64,000 bases of DNA from Penicillus capitatus (lineage: Eukaryota; Plantae; Chlorophyta). The notes beneath the pieces are model-generated. The model saw nothing but the letters and a program-made list of their open reading frames with translations. It did not search any database and was not told the origin of the DNA. This document shows, in pieces, positions 38,707 to 50,671 of this stretch; positions within the stretch are counted from its first letter, which is position 1; the number at the start of each line of letters is the position of its first letter. Position numbers and translations under genes: made by a program. The stretch spans positions 929,197 through 993,196 of the forward strand of contig OZ287694.1 in assembly GCA_965649825.1 (NCBI GenBank), in the 5' to 3' direction.

Positions 38707-39623
38707 ATGCGTTGTCTGCTGCACTACCCTTCGCGCTTCAGTGTGGCGAGAATTGCGCGAAAGTCCGGTCGAAACCGAAGGCGTTGCACACGAGGCCAGG
38801 CTGCGTCGTCGTCGTCGTCTCATAACAGAGCTGCGCCTCTCGAAGTTCATGTGCGACCGGCGACGAGTCGGGTACGTCAGCAATACCTTGTGCCCTGCTA
38901 CCACCTCCAAGCGACGATGTCTGTGGACAGGATTTTTGGGCAGCAGCGGAGGTCCATGCCTCTTCCTTTCATCCCAAAGGAACACCTCTCGCCTACAACA
39001 TCGCAAAGATCGCACGGTTCAATGACATCGTCCGCAGCAGCGACGCGCGTTTTCTGACCGACTGTCTCGTCGGACGGGACGGCAGGTCATGCCAAAAGAC
39101 ACAACACCGTACCATCCATCGTGTGGCTGGCTGCAGATATGTGTGTCTGGTGGCACATTGCGATGTGTTTGAGAAGGAGGGCATGTCGCCGACGGACGAA
39201 GAGAATTCGATCATGACATCCATGCTGCGCAGTCTCTACCCGACAGAATTCAGAGCGGGTATCGTGGAGAATCCATGTGTCCGTGGAATCTTCGGTGCCA
39301 TGAATGTCGACACGACGGGTCGCTTCATTCCTCGACTCGCGCTCGTTGTGAATGGCGGCGGGGCGAAGCGACAGCGACCTCAGGGATGCGCTTACTTCAG
39401 CAATCTCTCCGTTCTGCCCACTGTCCGTCGACGCGGCATTGGATCGTCGCTGATCCGCGAGGCCGAGCGATTGTCGACGGAATGGGGCTGTTGGGGCGCG
39501 GCACTGCATTGTCGTCCTGACAATTCAAGCGCCTACCGTCTCTACACCAAACAGGGCTATGCAGAAGTCGAAGGTGCCCCAAGAGACAAGAACGACTGCG
39601 TGTTGTTGGCCAAAGTCTACTGA
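38707..39623 (+). CDS. GNAT family acetyltransferase, plastid-type
   Basis: VRPATSR|DFWAAAEVHASSF (intron 38872-38930); AYFSNLSVLPTVRRRGIGSSLI; LHCRPDNSSAYRLYTKQGY. Confidence 0.85.
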
Positions 39624-39954
39624 CGGACAGACGGACGACGTCTTCTGCCGCATCCTGGCGTCAGCCAATCTTTCGATGCAACAATGTAGCACGGTATCGA
39701 AGTGCAAGACATGATCGCCGAAGCTTGTCGTTTGCGTGTGGAGACGTGGCGCTTGCCGACCGACCGACCGACATCAACGAGATGCGCGAGACAGGTCCTG
39801 TCGTTGACGTCGTCGCCGTCATTCATCATCGTTTTTCATCCATCCTTGCAAAACGCGCGTCATTTACATCGTGTCCCCATCCACCTTCATCTTCACCTTG
39901 TGAGTGTTGAACATTTGCGCAGATACTGTGAGACCGACGCCGACGACGGTCGAA

Positions 39955-40850
39955 ATGTCGACGCCTTCGAGACAGGTAAACAACCCCCTGAATTTCCTCT
40001 GTGCTTTGCGGACAGTGGCTCTATGGCAGAGACTCGTACGAGACTATAGAAGGCTTCAAAAAGACCCACCAGATGGCGTCAATGGAGCGCCGGACCCAGA
40101 AAATATCATGTCTTGGAATGCTGTTATCTTTGGCCCTGAAGACACTCCTTGGGAAGGAGGTGTGGACTCTTCAGCTGCTGTTCCTTGTTTCGGATTCCTA
40201 ACCTGTCCCTTGCAGGCACGTTTAAACTGGCGTTGGAATTTTCTGAGGAGTATCCTAATAAAGCCCCGACGGTGAAATTCATTTCTAAGGTGTTTCATCC
40301 TAACGGTAAGGGCGATGCGATGCATGTCAGTCAGTCATGTCGAGTGGCTGAGATGCCTGTCGTGGTGCAGTGTACCCTGATGGAAGCATCTGTCTTGATA
40401 TCCTGCAGAAACAGTGGAGTCCAATATATGACGTCTGCGCCATTCTCACCTCTATTCAATCACTGCTGACGGACCCCAATCCCAATTCACCTGCCAATCC
40501 CGAAGCGGCTCAGCTTTTTTCAGACAATAGGTCTCACTCGTTCGATTGCGCATGTCGCGTCTCTCACACAAAGTGTTGTCAGGCGAGAGTATATGCGATA
40601 TGTGCAGGACTGTGTCGAGCAAAGCTGGATGGATGAGGAGGAAGAGGAAGAGGATCATGATGATGTGCCGAGCAAAGAGGGCGGCGATTCGACATCACGA
40701 GCGGAGACATCGAACGACGGCGTTGAGAAGGAGCTGCCAAATCTGAAGCGTCCACAAGACACCGTGGCTGTTCAAGAGAATCACGAACTGCTGACGTGCG
40801 ACGACTCGAAACAGCCATTGTGCAAACGGATGCGTTGCGAAAAGGCATGA
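39955..40850 (+). CDS. UBC2: E2 ubiquitin-conjugating enzyme, RAD6/UBC2 type, with acidic tail and extra C-terminal extension
   Basis: MSTPSRQ|[30 protein letters not shown]|TFKL, FHPN|[38 protein letters not shown]. Confidence 0.93.
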
Positions 40851-41880
40851 CGGGACAGGTGGCGAATGATAAGCCAATTGGTTTTTGCTTTGCTGTTTCT
40901 TCACGACCGCTGTCGTTCTATCCATCCATCTATCTACTACCTATGTATGCGTGCGCACGTGCGTTCGTTCGTTGGTGTCGAATAACGGACGTCGAACAAA
41001 TGCATTGTGTGTGCGACGCTCTTTTCAAATGCTCGGATCGCGACGATCAATGGCGACGGAAATGAGCGTCGACTCGTGGAGATGACGACGGTTGGCAGCA
41101 CGCGACGAGTGATAGCCCAGTCTTCGCACGTGACGGCAACTGGCCGTGGCGTCTCTTCTTAGCGTATCTCTCCACACGGACATCCGTCTGGCCAATCGAC
41201 GGCGCCGAACAGCACAACCGAATCCGCGGCTCCCTCGGCAGTACGGTCGTTCTTGTCGAGGACGGACTCCTTGACATCCGTCGATGCGTCGACGGGACCA
41301 CCGTCCGGCGTCTCATGCTGTCTAGAAAGGCTCTTGTGTCGATTTCATGTGAAAATGCACGCCGAATGAACGCGACATGAAATTGCACGTGTCTCTGGCG
41401 CGGCGTATGTGCTGCTTACGGTTAGAGAAGGCTACAACACGTTTGTCCACGAGACGGTCCTATCGTTCTTCTAGCCGTTGACTCGCACCTGCAACTGATT
41501 GTGACCCATTTCGTCGCGTCGTTGAAAATCGCGCGTGTCCCTAGCCACACACTTGCCTTTCCACGCATCAGGGTCGACGTACGCACACACTATCGCCTTT
41601 CCAAAAACGACAGCAGGGTAGATACTCCACACCGCTTCCTCCTTTTCTTCTTCTTTCCACTTCTTTAACACGGCGTCTTCGTCAGAACGACGGTCCGTCA
41701 ACGCTGTCGGCTCTCCACATTAACCGTCCGAGTTTAGAAGTATTGTCCCTTTCTTCAACGGCTCGAACACGAAGACGGCTTTTTGCTTCGATAATGGAGC
41801 TGACGTGTCCGAGCTTCGTCGGTGTCTGACATGGAGTGTGTCTCACAGGCGTCTCTGTCTCGCTTGTCGCCTTCACAAAA

Positions 41881-43902
41881 ATGGATCGTCACGAATTCCA
41901 TCGCATCGTCCATCCGCGTGAGGTCGGAACACAACGAAGAGTCGCGCTGGGCGAGGCAGAATCCATGACCGTGCGCCGCGGAAGTTTTCCGAACGGATCC
42001 GGATTGGTTCAGCTGCCACGTGGGTCCTTCATTGTGGACAATGGAAGGCATATCGAAGCGGATGCGATTCTTCAACCGCCCCCTGCCTTTCGTGTCTTAT
42101 CGAGCCAGCAGAGAGCGCCACATCCCATTGTGCTGCGTGCCATCACGCATCCTGTATCGCAGAGCCGAGCTGCAGCTGGCTACGAATCGCACGAATGCCC
42201 AAAAAGACGAACGGACAATCTCCGACATCCGACGACATTTGTCAGTCTCGTCAATGCTTTGCGTTCGGAGGAAGAAAGCGGAATGGCGGCGGGTGGCGGC
42301 GAAGTCGATGTCTCCCAACATCGCCTCTACGATCGCTGCATTCGTCCCTTGTCCTGCTACGCATCGCATCGACCACAGCAGCGCCCGTCTCACTATCCAA
42401 GCGTGATCGCGCGAAGTCTCGTGGGACGTCCAGTTATGCAGTTTCGAGGACGCAGTGTGGGAACGGATCATCGTGCCAAGCGGGATCATGGCTTCCGACA
42501 AACGGCGTCGCAGATTGTCAATCTGGCTGACGACTCTGCATCGGAATCTTATTCCGACACTTGTCCAGACGGCAACATTTCGGCGCCACTCTGTCCATCT
42601 GTCCATCCGTCTGGTACGCACATAACATCCGTCTCCGATCGTTTCGAGAGATATCGTGCAGAGAGTTGGACGACTTCGGCTGCACCCGGAGTGAAAAGCT
42701 GGCAGACATCTAAGCTTCCGGCCGTGTGCTTCAGCTCCAATGGGATGATGCAGATGGAGCTGCATTCCTGTCGAACGTCGCGCTTGGATAGCGTTCCTCA
42801 AGATGAACATACTTACGAAGATGGCATCTCGGCAGTCGATCTCGACAGCTTGAGTATCGCACAAGGCATCGGCATGAGTGGCCCGACCCTTTTCCCTCAG
42901 ACTTCGACGCCGCCCACAACCGCAAGTGTATCGCTGGATGGCATCTGCAATTTGATTTCCGATGATGAAGATAGGGAACCGGAAATGCGAAGACAGGAAT
43001 CGGCACCGGCGACTCGAGAGAAGCTATACGACGAAGTATCTCTCAGTCGTCGTCGTACGGATGAGGATCGAACCGCCGATGAGAAGACGCATCAATCTCG
43101 TGTCATGGAATGTCTGCAGCCTCTGTTGAATGCCATCGATATCGTCTCGATGCAGGACGACGATGATGCGTCACTTCCGACATCTTCGGCGCATCAGAAG
43201 CCTGATGACGACGAGAAAGAAACGGATGCATCCAGAAGCTCGCCGTCCGCGTCGATGATCGAACAAAGCGGCCCGGCGATGCGGTCCCTTAATGACATGA
43301 CGCAGGAAATGTCTAAGAGTGTACAGCAGCGCAAGCAGCGCCGCCAAGGAAGACGTCCTGAAGATTTGTGGCGCACGAGACGATCGTTGTACAGGCAGGA
43401 TGCTCTGCTCGATGAGAGTGGAGATGAAGAGGGCAGCAGCGCCAAACGGACGCGCCTTGATCCCGCAGAAGAGGATGATGAGGAAACATTCAATCCATAT
43501 AGAAAACTCTATAGAAAACGCAGCAGCCAGCGTAGATCCCTGAATGGCACAAGTGGGGAAGAGAGTAGAGAAGAGGCGGCTCCCGAAGCAGATGCTTTAT
43601 GGCAGTTTTTAAACGATGGTCGATCTGCCATCTTTACGACCACGACATCAGCAGCATCGTGCTCCTACCCGATGCCCCAAGCAGAAGATCTTTTGATCGC
43701 ATCGTCCTCCTTACTCAAGACACCAGAAAAAAAGGCAGATGTCATCATGTTGCAGACATCATCGTCAGATGATCACAACTCCTGGTCTGCTGCTGTCAAG
43801 TCTTGGATCCAAGAGAAAACCCAAAGCCAGTTGCAGCAGTTGGTCCATCGCTATTCGCTCTGTGGACTTGCCCGTGCTTTGTTAGATCCATCCTCTGGCT
43901 AA
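41881..43902 (+). CDS. Hypothetical low-complexity (S/D/R-rich) protein, intronless, about 673 aa
   Basis: Long uninterrupted ORF; first ATG 41881. Basic NLS-like patches (QRKQRR, KRTR, RKLYRKR). No recognisable domain. Confidence 0.6.
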   Translation: MDRHEFHRIVHPREVGTQRRVALGEAESMTVRRGSFPNGSGLVQLPRGSFIVDNGRHIEADAILQPPPAFRVLSSQQRAPHPIVLRAITHPVSQSRAAAGYESHECPKRRTDNLRHPTTFVSLVNALRSEEESGMAAGGGEVDVSQHRLYDRCIRPLSCYASHRPQQRPSHYPSVIARSLVGRPVMQFRGRSVGTDHRAKRDHGFRQTASQIVNLADDSASESYSDTCPDGNISAPLCPSVHPSGTHITSVSDRFERYRAESWTTSAAPGVKSWQTSKLPAVCFSSNGMMQMELHSCRTSRLDSVPQDEHTYEDGISAVDLDSLSIAQGIGMSGPTLFPQTSTPPTTASVSLDGICNLISDDEDREPEMRRQESAPATREKLYDEVSLSRRRTDEDRTADEKTHQSRVMECLQPLLNAIDIVSMQDDDDASLPTSSAHQKPDDDEKETDASRSSPSASMIEQSGPAMRSLNDMTQEMSKSVQQRKQRRQGRRPEDLWRTRRSLYRQDALLDESGDEEGSSAKRTRLDPAEEDDEETFNPYRKLYRKRSSQRRSLNGTSGEESREEAAPEADALWQFLNDGRSAIFTTTTSAASCSYPMPQAEDLLIASSSLLKTPEKKADVIMLQTSSSDDHNSWSAAVKSWIQEKTQSQLQQLVHRYSLCGLARALLDPSSG

Positions 43903-44049
43903 AGGCATTCTGACATGATCCACAAACACGTATCCTTTATGTTATGGTATTTGTGCACGTGCCTATAGCCAAGTATATGAACAATGTAGCTGTCCAGGAA
44001 GGTGCTTTACAGCTAGGTCTTGACAAGAGATTTTGTTAAGATCCTGTTT

Positions 44050-45624
44050 CTAAACCTGATAGTTACACAAAGGCGACACATTCGTGTCGTTCTTTGTCGC
44101 TGTCATGGACTTTGAGCAATTCACAAACTCAGTGCTGATCTCTTCTTCTAGTTCAAAATATGTCTCCAACACTGTCAACGTTTTATCATAGATGTCGTCG
44201 TTCGGATGTTCCTGAAGGAGCTCCAGCTTATCTAGCCCCCCACATTCCTCGATCTCCAGAGTAAACGCATTCATCTTACTGGGATTCCGTTCGGCAGCCG
44301 CCTTCAGAATATTCTCGATGCCTTCGAGTGCCACGAGGACGATGCGAGGATCTGGACCATCCAGCATGTCACATAGAGGACCAAGACAGCCGGCATGGAC
44401 GAGGTACTGAATCTGCTCCCAACTACCACCCGATGTCGTATTGCTGATCGCCCACGCTGCCTCTTTGCGCACTTCGAAATCCGCACTTCTCAAAATCATG
44501 ATCAGCGTCTCAAACAGTCCCTCCTTCAACACAGCCTTGATCTGATCCTGTGTGCCGGCAGTGATGTTGGAGATCGTCCAACACGCTTCTTTTTTGACAC
44601 TCTTTTTCGGATTCTGTCGCAGAAGGTGATGCAAACGTGGAAGAGCGCCGCAGTTCAACACCACTTGTGTCTGATCGTCTGCGCCTGTCACGATATTCCC
44701 AACCGTACGCAATGCCGGAACGATAATCCCGTTGTGTTCACTGCCGAGCAGTTCCACCACTCTTCGACAGATGCCGGACTGCAGCACCCATTCGATGCGA
44801 TCATTGGTACCGTCGGAGAGATAAGACAACGCCCAACAGGCATCTGTTAGGACTTCTTCATCCGTGTGGTAAACCAATCGAGCCAGTGCTGGCAGAATCT
44901 TTTTGACGAGTTCAAAGGGAGGAGCAGGTTTGCCTCTGCAGAAATTGGACATCGTCCACACACCGTTCCGGATCAACGACAGCGACTCTTTGTTTGACTG
45001 CATCACTTTTAGCAATGGCCCGACGACATCGTGCTGCAACACAAGGTCACGGTACTTGGGCGAATCGCCGGCGATGTTGCCCAATGCCCAGATGGCCTGT
45101 TCGCGAATATCCAGATTGAGATTTTCGGCACCGAGTTGCTGAGCGATGACAGGCACAGCGCCGTTTTCCACGATGAGACTTGCATGTTCTGAAGTACCAG
45201 ATGCTACATTGGTGACGGCCCACAGCGCCTCGAATTGAAGTTTTGGCAAATCGGATCTCTGACAGAAATCCACGAAACGCGGAACAATGCCTTGACGCAC
45301 AACGACATCGATGGGCGGATTGTTTTCGAGCGATAAGATTTTGCGAAACCGCTGCGTCGCTTCAAACTGTTTCCGACTGTTCTCGCTCCAAACGTCGCGC
45401 ACGAGTGCCTGGATGTTCTCCTCGACAAACGCGGGTTCGCTCACTTCGATTTCGCAAGCGTCCGTCGGGGCACACCCATGCAACACCCTTCGCTTCTGAA
45501 TTTTCTCGTCCCGCGTCAGTTTGCGCAGTTCGACGTTGCCCTGATGATGTTGTTCTCGTTTTCGGCGTCCATCGTCACAGCCCGTCCCTTTCTTTGCATC
45601 CTTCTTGCGACCATCTGTTGGCAT
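44050..45624 (-). CDS. IMPA: Importin subunit alpha (IBB + ARM repeats), intronless
   Basis: RRKREQHHQGNVELRKLTRDEKIQKRR (IBB), LQFEALWAVTNVASGTSEH, WALGNIAGDS, KEACWTISNITAG, GGLDKLELLQEHPN. Confidence 0.95.
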   Translation of the reverse strand: MPTDGRKKDAKKGTGCDDGRRKREQHHQGNVELRKLTRDEKIQKRRVLHGCAPTDACEIEVSEPAFVEENIQALVRDVWSENSRKQFEATQRFRKILSLENNPPIDVVVRQGIVPRFVDFCQRSDLPKLQFEALWAVTNVASGTSEHASLIVENGAVPVIAQQLGAENLNLDIREQAIWALGNIAGDSPKYRDLVLQHDVVGPLLKVMQSNKESLSLIRNGVWTMSNFCRGKPAPPFELVKKILPALARLVYHTDEEVLTDACWALSYLSDGTNDRIEWVLQSGICRRVVELLGSEHNGIIVPALRTVGNIVTGADDQTQVVLNCGALPRLHHLLRQNPKKSVKKEACWTISNITAGTQDQIKAVLKEGLFETLIMILRSADFEVRKEAAWAISNTTSGGSWEQIQYLVHAGCLGPLCDMLDGPDPRIVLVALEGIENILKAAAERNPSKMNAFTLEIEECGGLDKLELLQEHPNDDIYDKTLTVLETYFELEEEISTEFVNCSKSMTATKNDTNVSPLCNYQV

Positions 45625-45790
45625 GGTAATGACGATAGCGCAGCAGTGGTGTTGGATTGTGTTGGTACGTTCGCGCGTTTCATGACGTTGGTGGACGATA
45701 ATGACGATGCCGTCCGTCACCAGATCTCATTTCCTTTCGCCTTTTCCTCGTCTTCCAGATCTGCTCCGTGTACCTGTCGTCGATTTCAGG

Positions 45791-46522
45791 ATGTTGGCGA
45801 TGGGATCTGTCACGAAGCCATGCTTCGCATCTCATGCTCGACCCGTCGTCTGTCGGGCAGCATCGCGTCCCATGTGGCTCACCGGTGCCGCAGCGCCTTC
45901 CTATCTCGATGGTTCGTTGCCGGGTGACTACGGATTCGATCCTCTTGGTCTCGGTGTCGACCCCGCACGACTCAAATGGTTCGCGTCTGTGCGTCCGGCG
46001 AAACGCCTGGGTCATGTGTCCCGTGTGCAGGTACGTCGAGGCCGAACGCACGAATGGACGGTGGGCGATGATGGCTGTCCCTGGAGTACTGTTTACGGAA
46101 GCACTGGGTGTCGAAGACAAATTCTGGCTGGCCGGGACTCGAGATTACCTCATCCCTTTCAACGCTCTCGTGGCGATCGAGGCCGTGACGATGGGATTCC
46201 TCGAGATGAAGAGACTTCAAGGATTCATGAAGACAGGATCGGTAAACAATTCCATCTGCGTATTTCTGCTTGATGTGACAGCTGTCAGGCGGGACTCGTT
46301 AATTCCTTTCCTTTTGATCCAGCTGGAATGCGTTCGGACGAAATGGCGGTGAAGGAAGTGAAGAATGGCAGATTGGCCATGATTGCTTATGCAGGATTCC
46401 TTGTACAAGCTATAGTGGTGCATAAGGGTCCCATCGCCTGTCTACAGGATCATCTGAAAGATCCCTTCGGCAACAATATCATCACCAGTGTCCTCAATAT
46501 TCCGGAGAATATTGGAAACTGA
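45791..46522 (+). CDS. LHCA9: Photosystem I light-harvesting protein, Lhca9 type
   Basis: Introns 45979-46030 and 46242-46288. [66 protein letters not shown]. Confidence 0.9.
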
Positions 46523-46678
46523 AAATGAATGGGCTATCCCCTGCCTACCTGCATTGTAAAGCAGAAAGAGAAGAATCAAATCACCCACCACTCCTGCCTC
46601 CATGCGCAAGAATGGCGGCCTTTTTGTCTCCGGACGATGTGTAATGATCTTTCGTTTGAGGCATGCAATCAAGACGCA

Positions 46679-48498
46679 TTACATTGCTTTGCGAGGAGAA
46701 GGGTATTCTTTACCAAAGGCTATCCAAATTGAAAAGAGAATTTGCAGAGATAGACCGATTCGTACGAAAATGGCAGTCCAGGTCAGAGTTAGCATGTGAT
46801 GGTGGTGGAAGAAGAAAAGGGATGCTAAAGCAACGACGGCGACGAGGAATTGCACCGAAGCGACGAATTTGAAACGGGCGGCGGCCAAGAGACTGCCATC
46901 GATGACAGCTGCGGCACCGCCTAACGGGATCGGCAACAACAGCGCCAATGCCGACCTCCGAAACGCAGCTGCGACGTAGACATCTGTAGTGAACAAACGA
47001 ACAAACTGAGAAGAGAACAGAAAGAGACTGCCACTCAATAGTGTTGTCACGCCAATCACCAACTAAAACACAACTCACGGTAGAGGAGAGAGAACACGAC
47101 CGTAAGATTTCGCGACCTGCAGTGCTCTCAGCAGGACAGCTCTGGCAGCTGGTCGGTTCTGTTGGCCAATGTAGGAGGCGCACAGGGATTGCATGGTCAC
47201 ATCAAAAGATGTGTACGTCACGTGTGCCACGAGGAATACCAAACGGCAGATTTCGTAGGCCGAATGGAGAATGGGTCCTTGCTGCGCCACCAGAATGGAT
47301 GAGCACACGACCATCGCTGTAAATGTGCACAGACAGATAGACAGATGCCTCAGATGTTATGCGATCATGGATCGTACCCAAAAGCGTCATGGTGCGTACA
47401 ATGAGGGCAATACCGTCTCCCAAAACGGTGACAGCGCCTGGCGAGGAGGATGGCACGATGGATGAGACGAAATCACGCATCTTCACTTTTCCACTGGTCA
47501 ACACACGATGCAGCATCATTCCTGTCGAGATGTATGTACAGAAAGACGTGGCCAAGGCCGCACCAAAGACTCCCCAGCCGAATCCTGACCAGCACGTACA
47601 AGATTAGATGAGGATCGCCCTCGCATTGGAGAGAGACCAAAGACGAATAGAAAATCGAGCACGATGTTCACCACTGTTGCCAATCCACTCGACTTGAAAA
47701 TCGTGATCGTATCGCGCAGTCCTCTCAGAACGCCAGAGAGGCTTTGATATAAGATAAAAGGTGGAAGGCTCGTGGCCATGACTCTGAGATAGGTGATGGC
47801 AAACCCTCTCACCTCGACAGGAGGATGCAGAACTGGACACACAACGATCAGCATGTCACGTCTTTCTTGTGCTCCATCTTACAGCGAACGATGGGGTCCG
47901 TCATGCAGAATACGGTGAGACCACAGAGAAGACCTCCCAGAGCCGTGAGACGCACCGATTGGGCAATGATGTTGGAAAGCTAAAGAAGAGAGAATCGTGG
48001 AGCGTAGATCGATCGTCTCAGTATAGAGCGATGCACTTTGTCGTATTTCTTCTCGGCATTGGTTCTCGCCACTGCTGGTGTGATGAGGAACTGCGAGAAG
48101 AGGAAGAGATTTGAGAGGAACATGTAGACAACGGAGCCAATGCCTAAGCCACTCAATTGCAATGCTCCCAACTGACCCGCCACACCTAGATCCGTCGTCA
48201 TCCGTATACCCAACCTGTCTCTGATAGAGGACATACCCGTATCTACTGCTGTACATAGAGGCCCGAGGAGACCGGCGCAGAGAGCCGGCAACACCACACG
48301 AATAATTTCGCCGTCGTACGGGCTGGTGAGGAAAGCCGTAGAGCGCGACGGCTTATCGGGAGCGATCTCCGATTTCGATGCCCGGACACGGACCGAACAG
48401 CGTCGATTGTGCGTATATCGAAGTGCCGTGCATCGCTTCGTCGGTCGAATCGGCCGCGCGATAACGCAAGACGTGCGAAGGCAGATCGAGATGTGCAT
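46679..48498 (-). CDS. MATE/DinF-family transporter (DTX42-47-like, plastid presequence), multi-exon
   Basis: EIIRVVLPAL...PLCTAVDT, AGQLGALQLSGLGIG, LSGVLRGLRDT, NIVLDFLFVFG, AAVIDGSLLAA. Confidence 0.85.
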
Positions 48499-48625
48499 GA
48501 TGGCAGCGAAGGTCGACGCGTACGCTTGCGGATGATCACCGAGAGAGAGAGGCAGACGATTGTCAGAAGCACCAAATCAGCAGAGATACACAAAATCTGT
48601 CTTGCTCTCGTGGTCAACAATCGAG

Positions 48626-49210
48626 TTACCACCCATTACTATCTGCCTGTGTGTAGACATACTTTACGACGGCCTTGATCTCCTCGTCATCTAATCGCCC
48701 CTCCCACGCGGGCATTGCATTCTTTCCGTTGCGCACCTAGAGACAACGATATGGATGGAAGGCGTTGGATTCTGTGATGATCGGTACTTGGTATTCGATG
48801 GCGCCTTCATTAAATCCGCCGTCGAGGTATTGCGAAATCCTCTCCTTGAAGAGCGTTTTTTCGGTTTCGACCGAATTGAGACCACCCGCATGACAGGCAG
48901 CTGCGCACACGCACCGTCATGCAAGAATCGTTGATTTGGGAAAGATGTGACCGCAGTTTCCCTCAAAGACTTCCATTCCGTCCTCAAGAATATCAGCAAA
49001 AGCAGGTGATGCTGTTGCGAGAAGAGCTGCGCCGAGAAGAGCGACACCTGCTTGCTTGACTCGCGTCACGGGAGCGGTCGCCTAAATCCAATCCGCGTTC
49101 GTGAATGCAAAGCGAGAGAGATCACGTACGTCGCAACGCACGACGGTACGTCGAATGGAGACTTGTGGACGTGCCACTGCGGAGATTCTGGAAGCGACTG
49201 TTTGCGACAT
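48626..49210 (-). CDS. CYC6: Cytochrome c6 (lumenal), 4 exons, absent from the ORF track
   Basis: Spliced: MSQTVASRIS...VVRCD|ATAP...ALLATASPAFA/DILEDGMEVFEGNCA|ACHAGGLNSVETEKTLFKERISQYLDGGFNEGAIEYQ|VRNGKNAMPAWEGRLDDEEIKAVVKYVYTQADSNGW*. Has the CxxCH heme motif and axial Met in GKNAMP. Confidence 0.93.
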
Positions 49211-49306
49211 GGCGACCGAGGAAACAAGTGTGTGCAAAACGCGTGTCTAGAGATGGATGATGAGACAAGATCAAGAGCTAGAAAGTGAACCTCGATCTCG
49301 CGACGT

Positions 49307-50671
49307 TCATGAGATCGTTGTGTCGTACAGTGATGATGGCTTACGATTCCATGATTGACAGCAACCCAAAGCACAGAGATCCGAAGGGACAGCAGTCCAT
49401 TGCGTGGATGTTGGCCGGGGACCAGAGAGCACCGTCAAATTGCCGCTAACGGGATGTATGTGCCACTGGAGATCATCTAGAGCAATGCCTGAGTGAATGA
49501 ATGCCGTGAGAGTCTGGCATACCATCGAAAGCGACAGACATGACAGGCAGCTCTTCAGGATTGATGTTGGTCATGATGCGACCTCCGGGACGCAATCTGC
49601 ATCGAAGCATCTTCCATACATCGACCTAGATGCTTAAAGATATTAAGGCATAAGAGGTAAGGAGAGAGAACTCTTGAGAGAAGTGGATGGACGACATCGT
49701 CTAGAAAGACATCCACAATGAGACCGGCGAATCCCTGCGGTACGGTTGCCGTTTGCGAAAAGCAGTCGCCCACAATGACGTTCTATGTACACGTGTATGT
49801 GATTACAATGACATGGTGCCTTGTCTTACGAGCTTTCCTGTCTCTTCCGTGCGATCGAGGTCCATATGACGTCGACCCAAATCCACAATCTCTCGATCGA
49901 CTTCCCATCCGATCATCATCTGTTCGGGGTAGAAGTGATGTATGAGTCGCGGGATCGTCCCTGCGCCCTGAACAGCACCATTCTGAAAAGATGGCGACGC
50001 ATGTATGATGGCACCGACCAGACCATAGATCCCAATCACGCCGTCTTGTGGAATCATAGCTGGCAACACGCCGAACACATCCCTGTACAGAAAAATGGTT
50101 CTTTGTATGGCATGTCGCTAAAAAAATAAACCAGCATCCATTTGTTAACACGGTGTCTGGCCGATAGACGCTGTGGACGCATTCTAGATGAAAAGACGGT
50201 CTGTGGGCGAAGGTAAGGCGCCTGGCTACCACTGCCGGAGCCGATGAGCAGGACGGTGGCCTCGCCGAGTTCTTCATAGTAGACAGAATCTGATGCGTCG
50301 ATCCTGTGCATCTGTTCGGCATTTTGCTGCGAAGAACGTGTTCGTCATCACATGGAAGGGTACTTTTGCGACGCGAAGTCGTCCACTGATCGTCGATCGA
50401 CGTGCTTCGAGCAAATACGGCTCGTTCGCCGAAGGACCCGTTCCTGCACCGATCGACAGATCTCTTGGGATTTTTGTTTCTCGGGCCATCGTGCTGCGCG
50501 TCGATCGCATCGTCGATCTCATCGACAACGAACCGCGAGATGACGACGTTGCCATCGAGAAAAAGATCGTCCTCTATTCGATCGTTTCCGGCGACTGAAC
50601 ACAGAAGCGGCACGATTCGATGGAAGATCTGAGACGATGCCGATCGACGGCGCTTGGATGAGATGCATCAT
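49307..50671 (-). CDS. SAM-dependent methyltransferase-fold protein (spermidine-synthase-like fold, plant uncharacterised type); exon boundaries uncertain
   Basis: HSVYRPDTVLTNGCW, QDGVIGIYGL...GAGTIPRLIHHFYPEQMMIGWEVDREIVDLGRRHM, FAGLIVDVF. Confidence 0.55.

Noticed and set aside
41047-41830. Possible small multi-exon minus-strand gene
   Set aside because: Fragments could not be joined into a consistent model or recognised.
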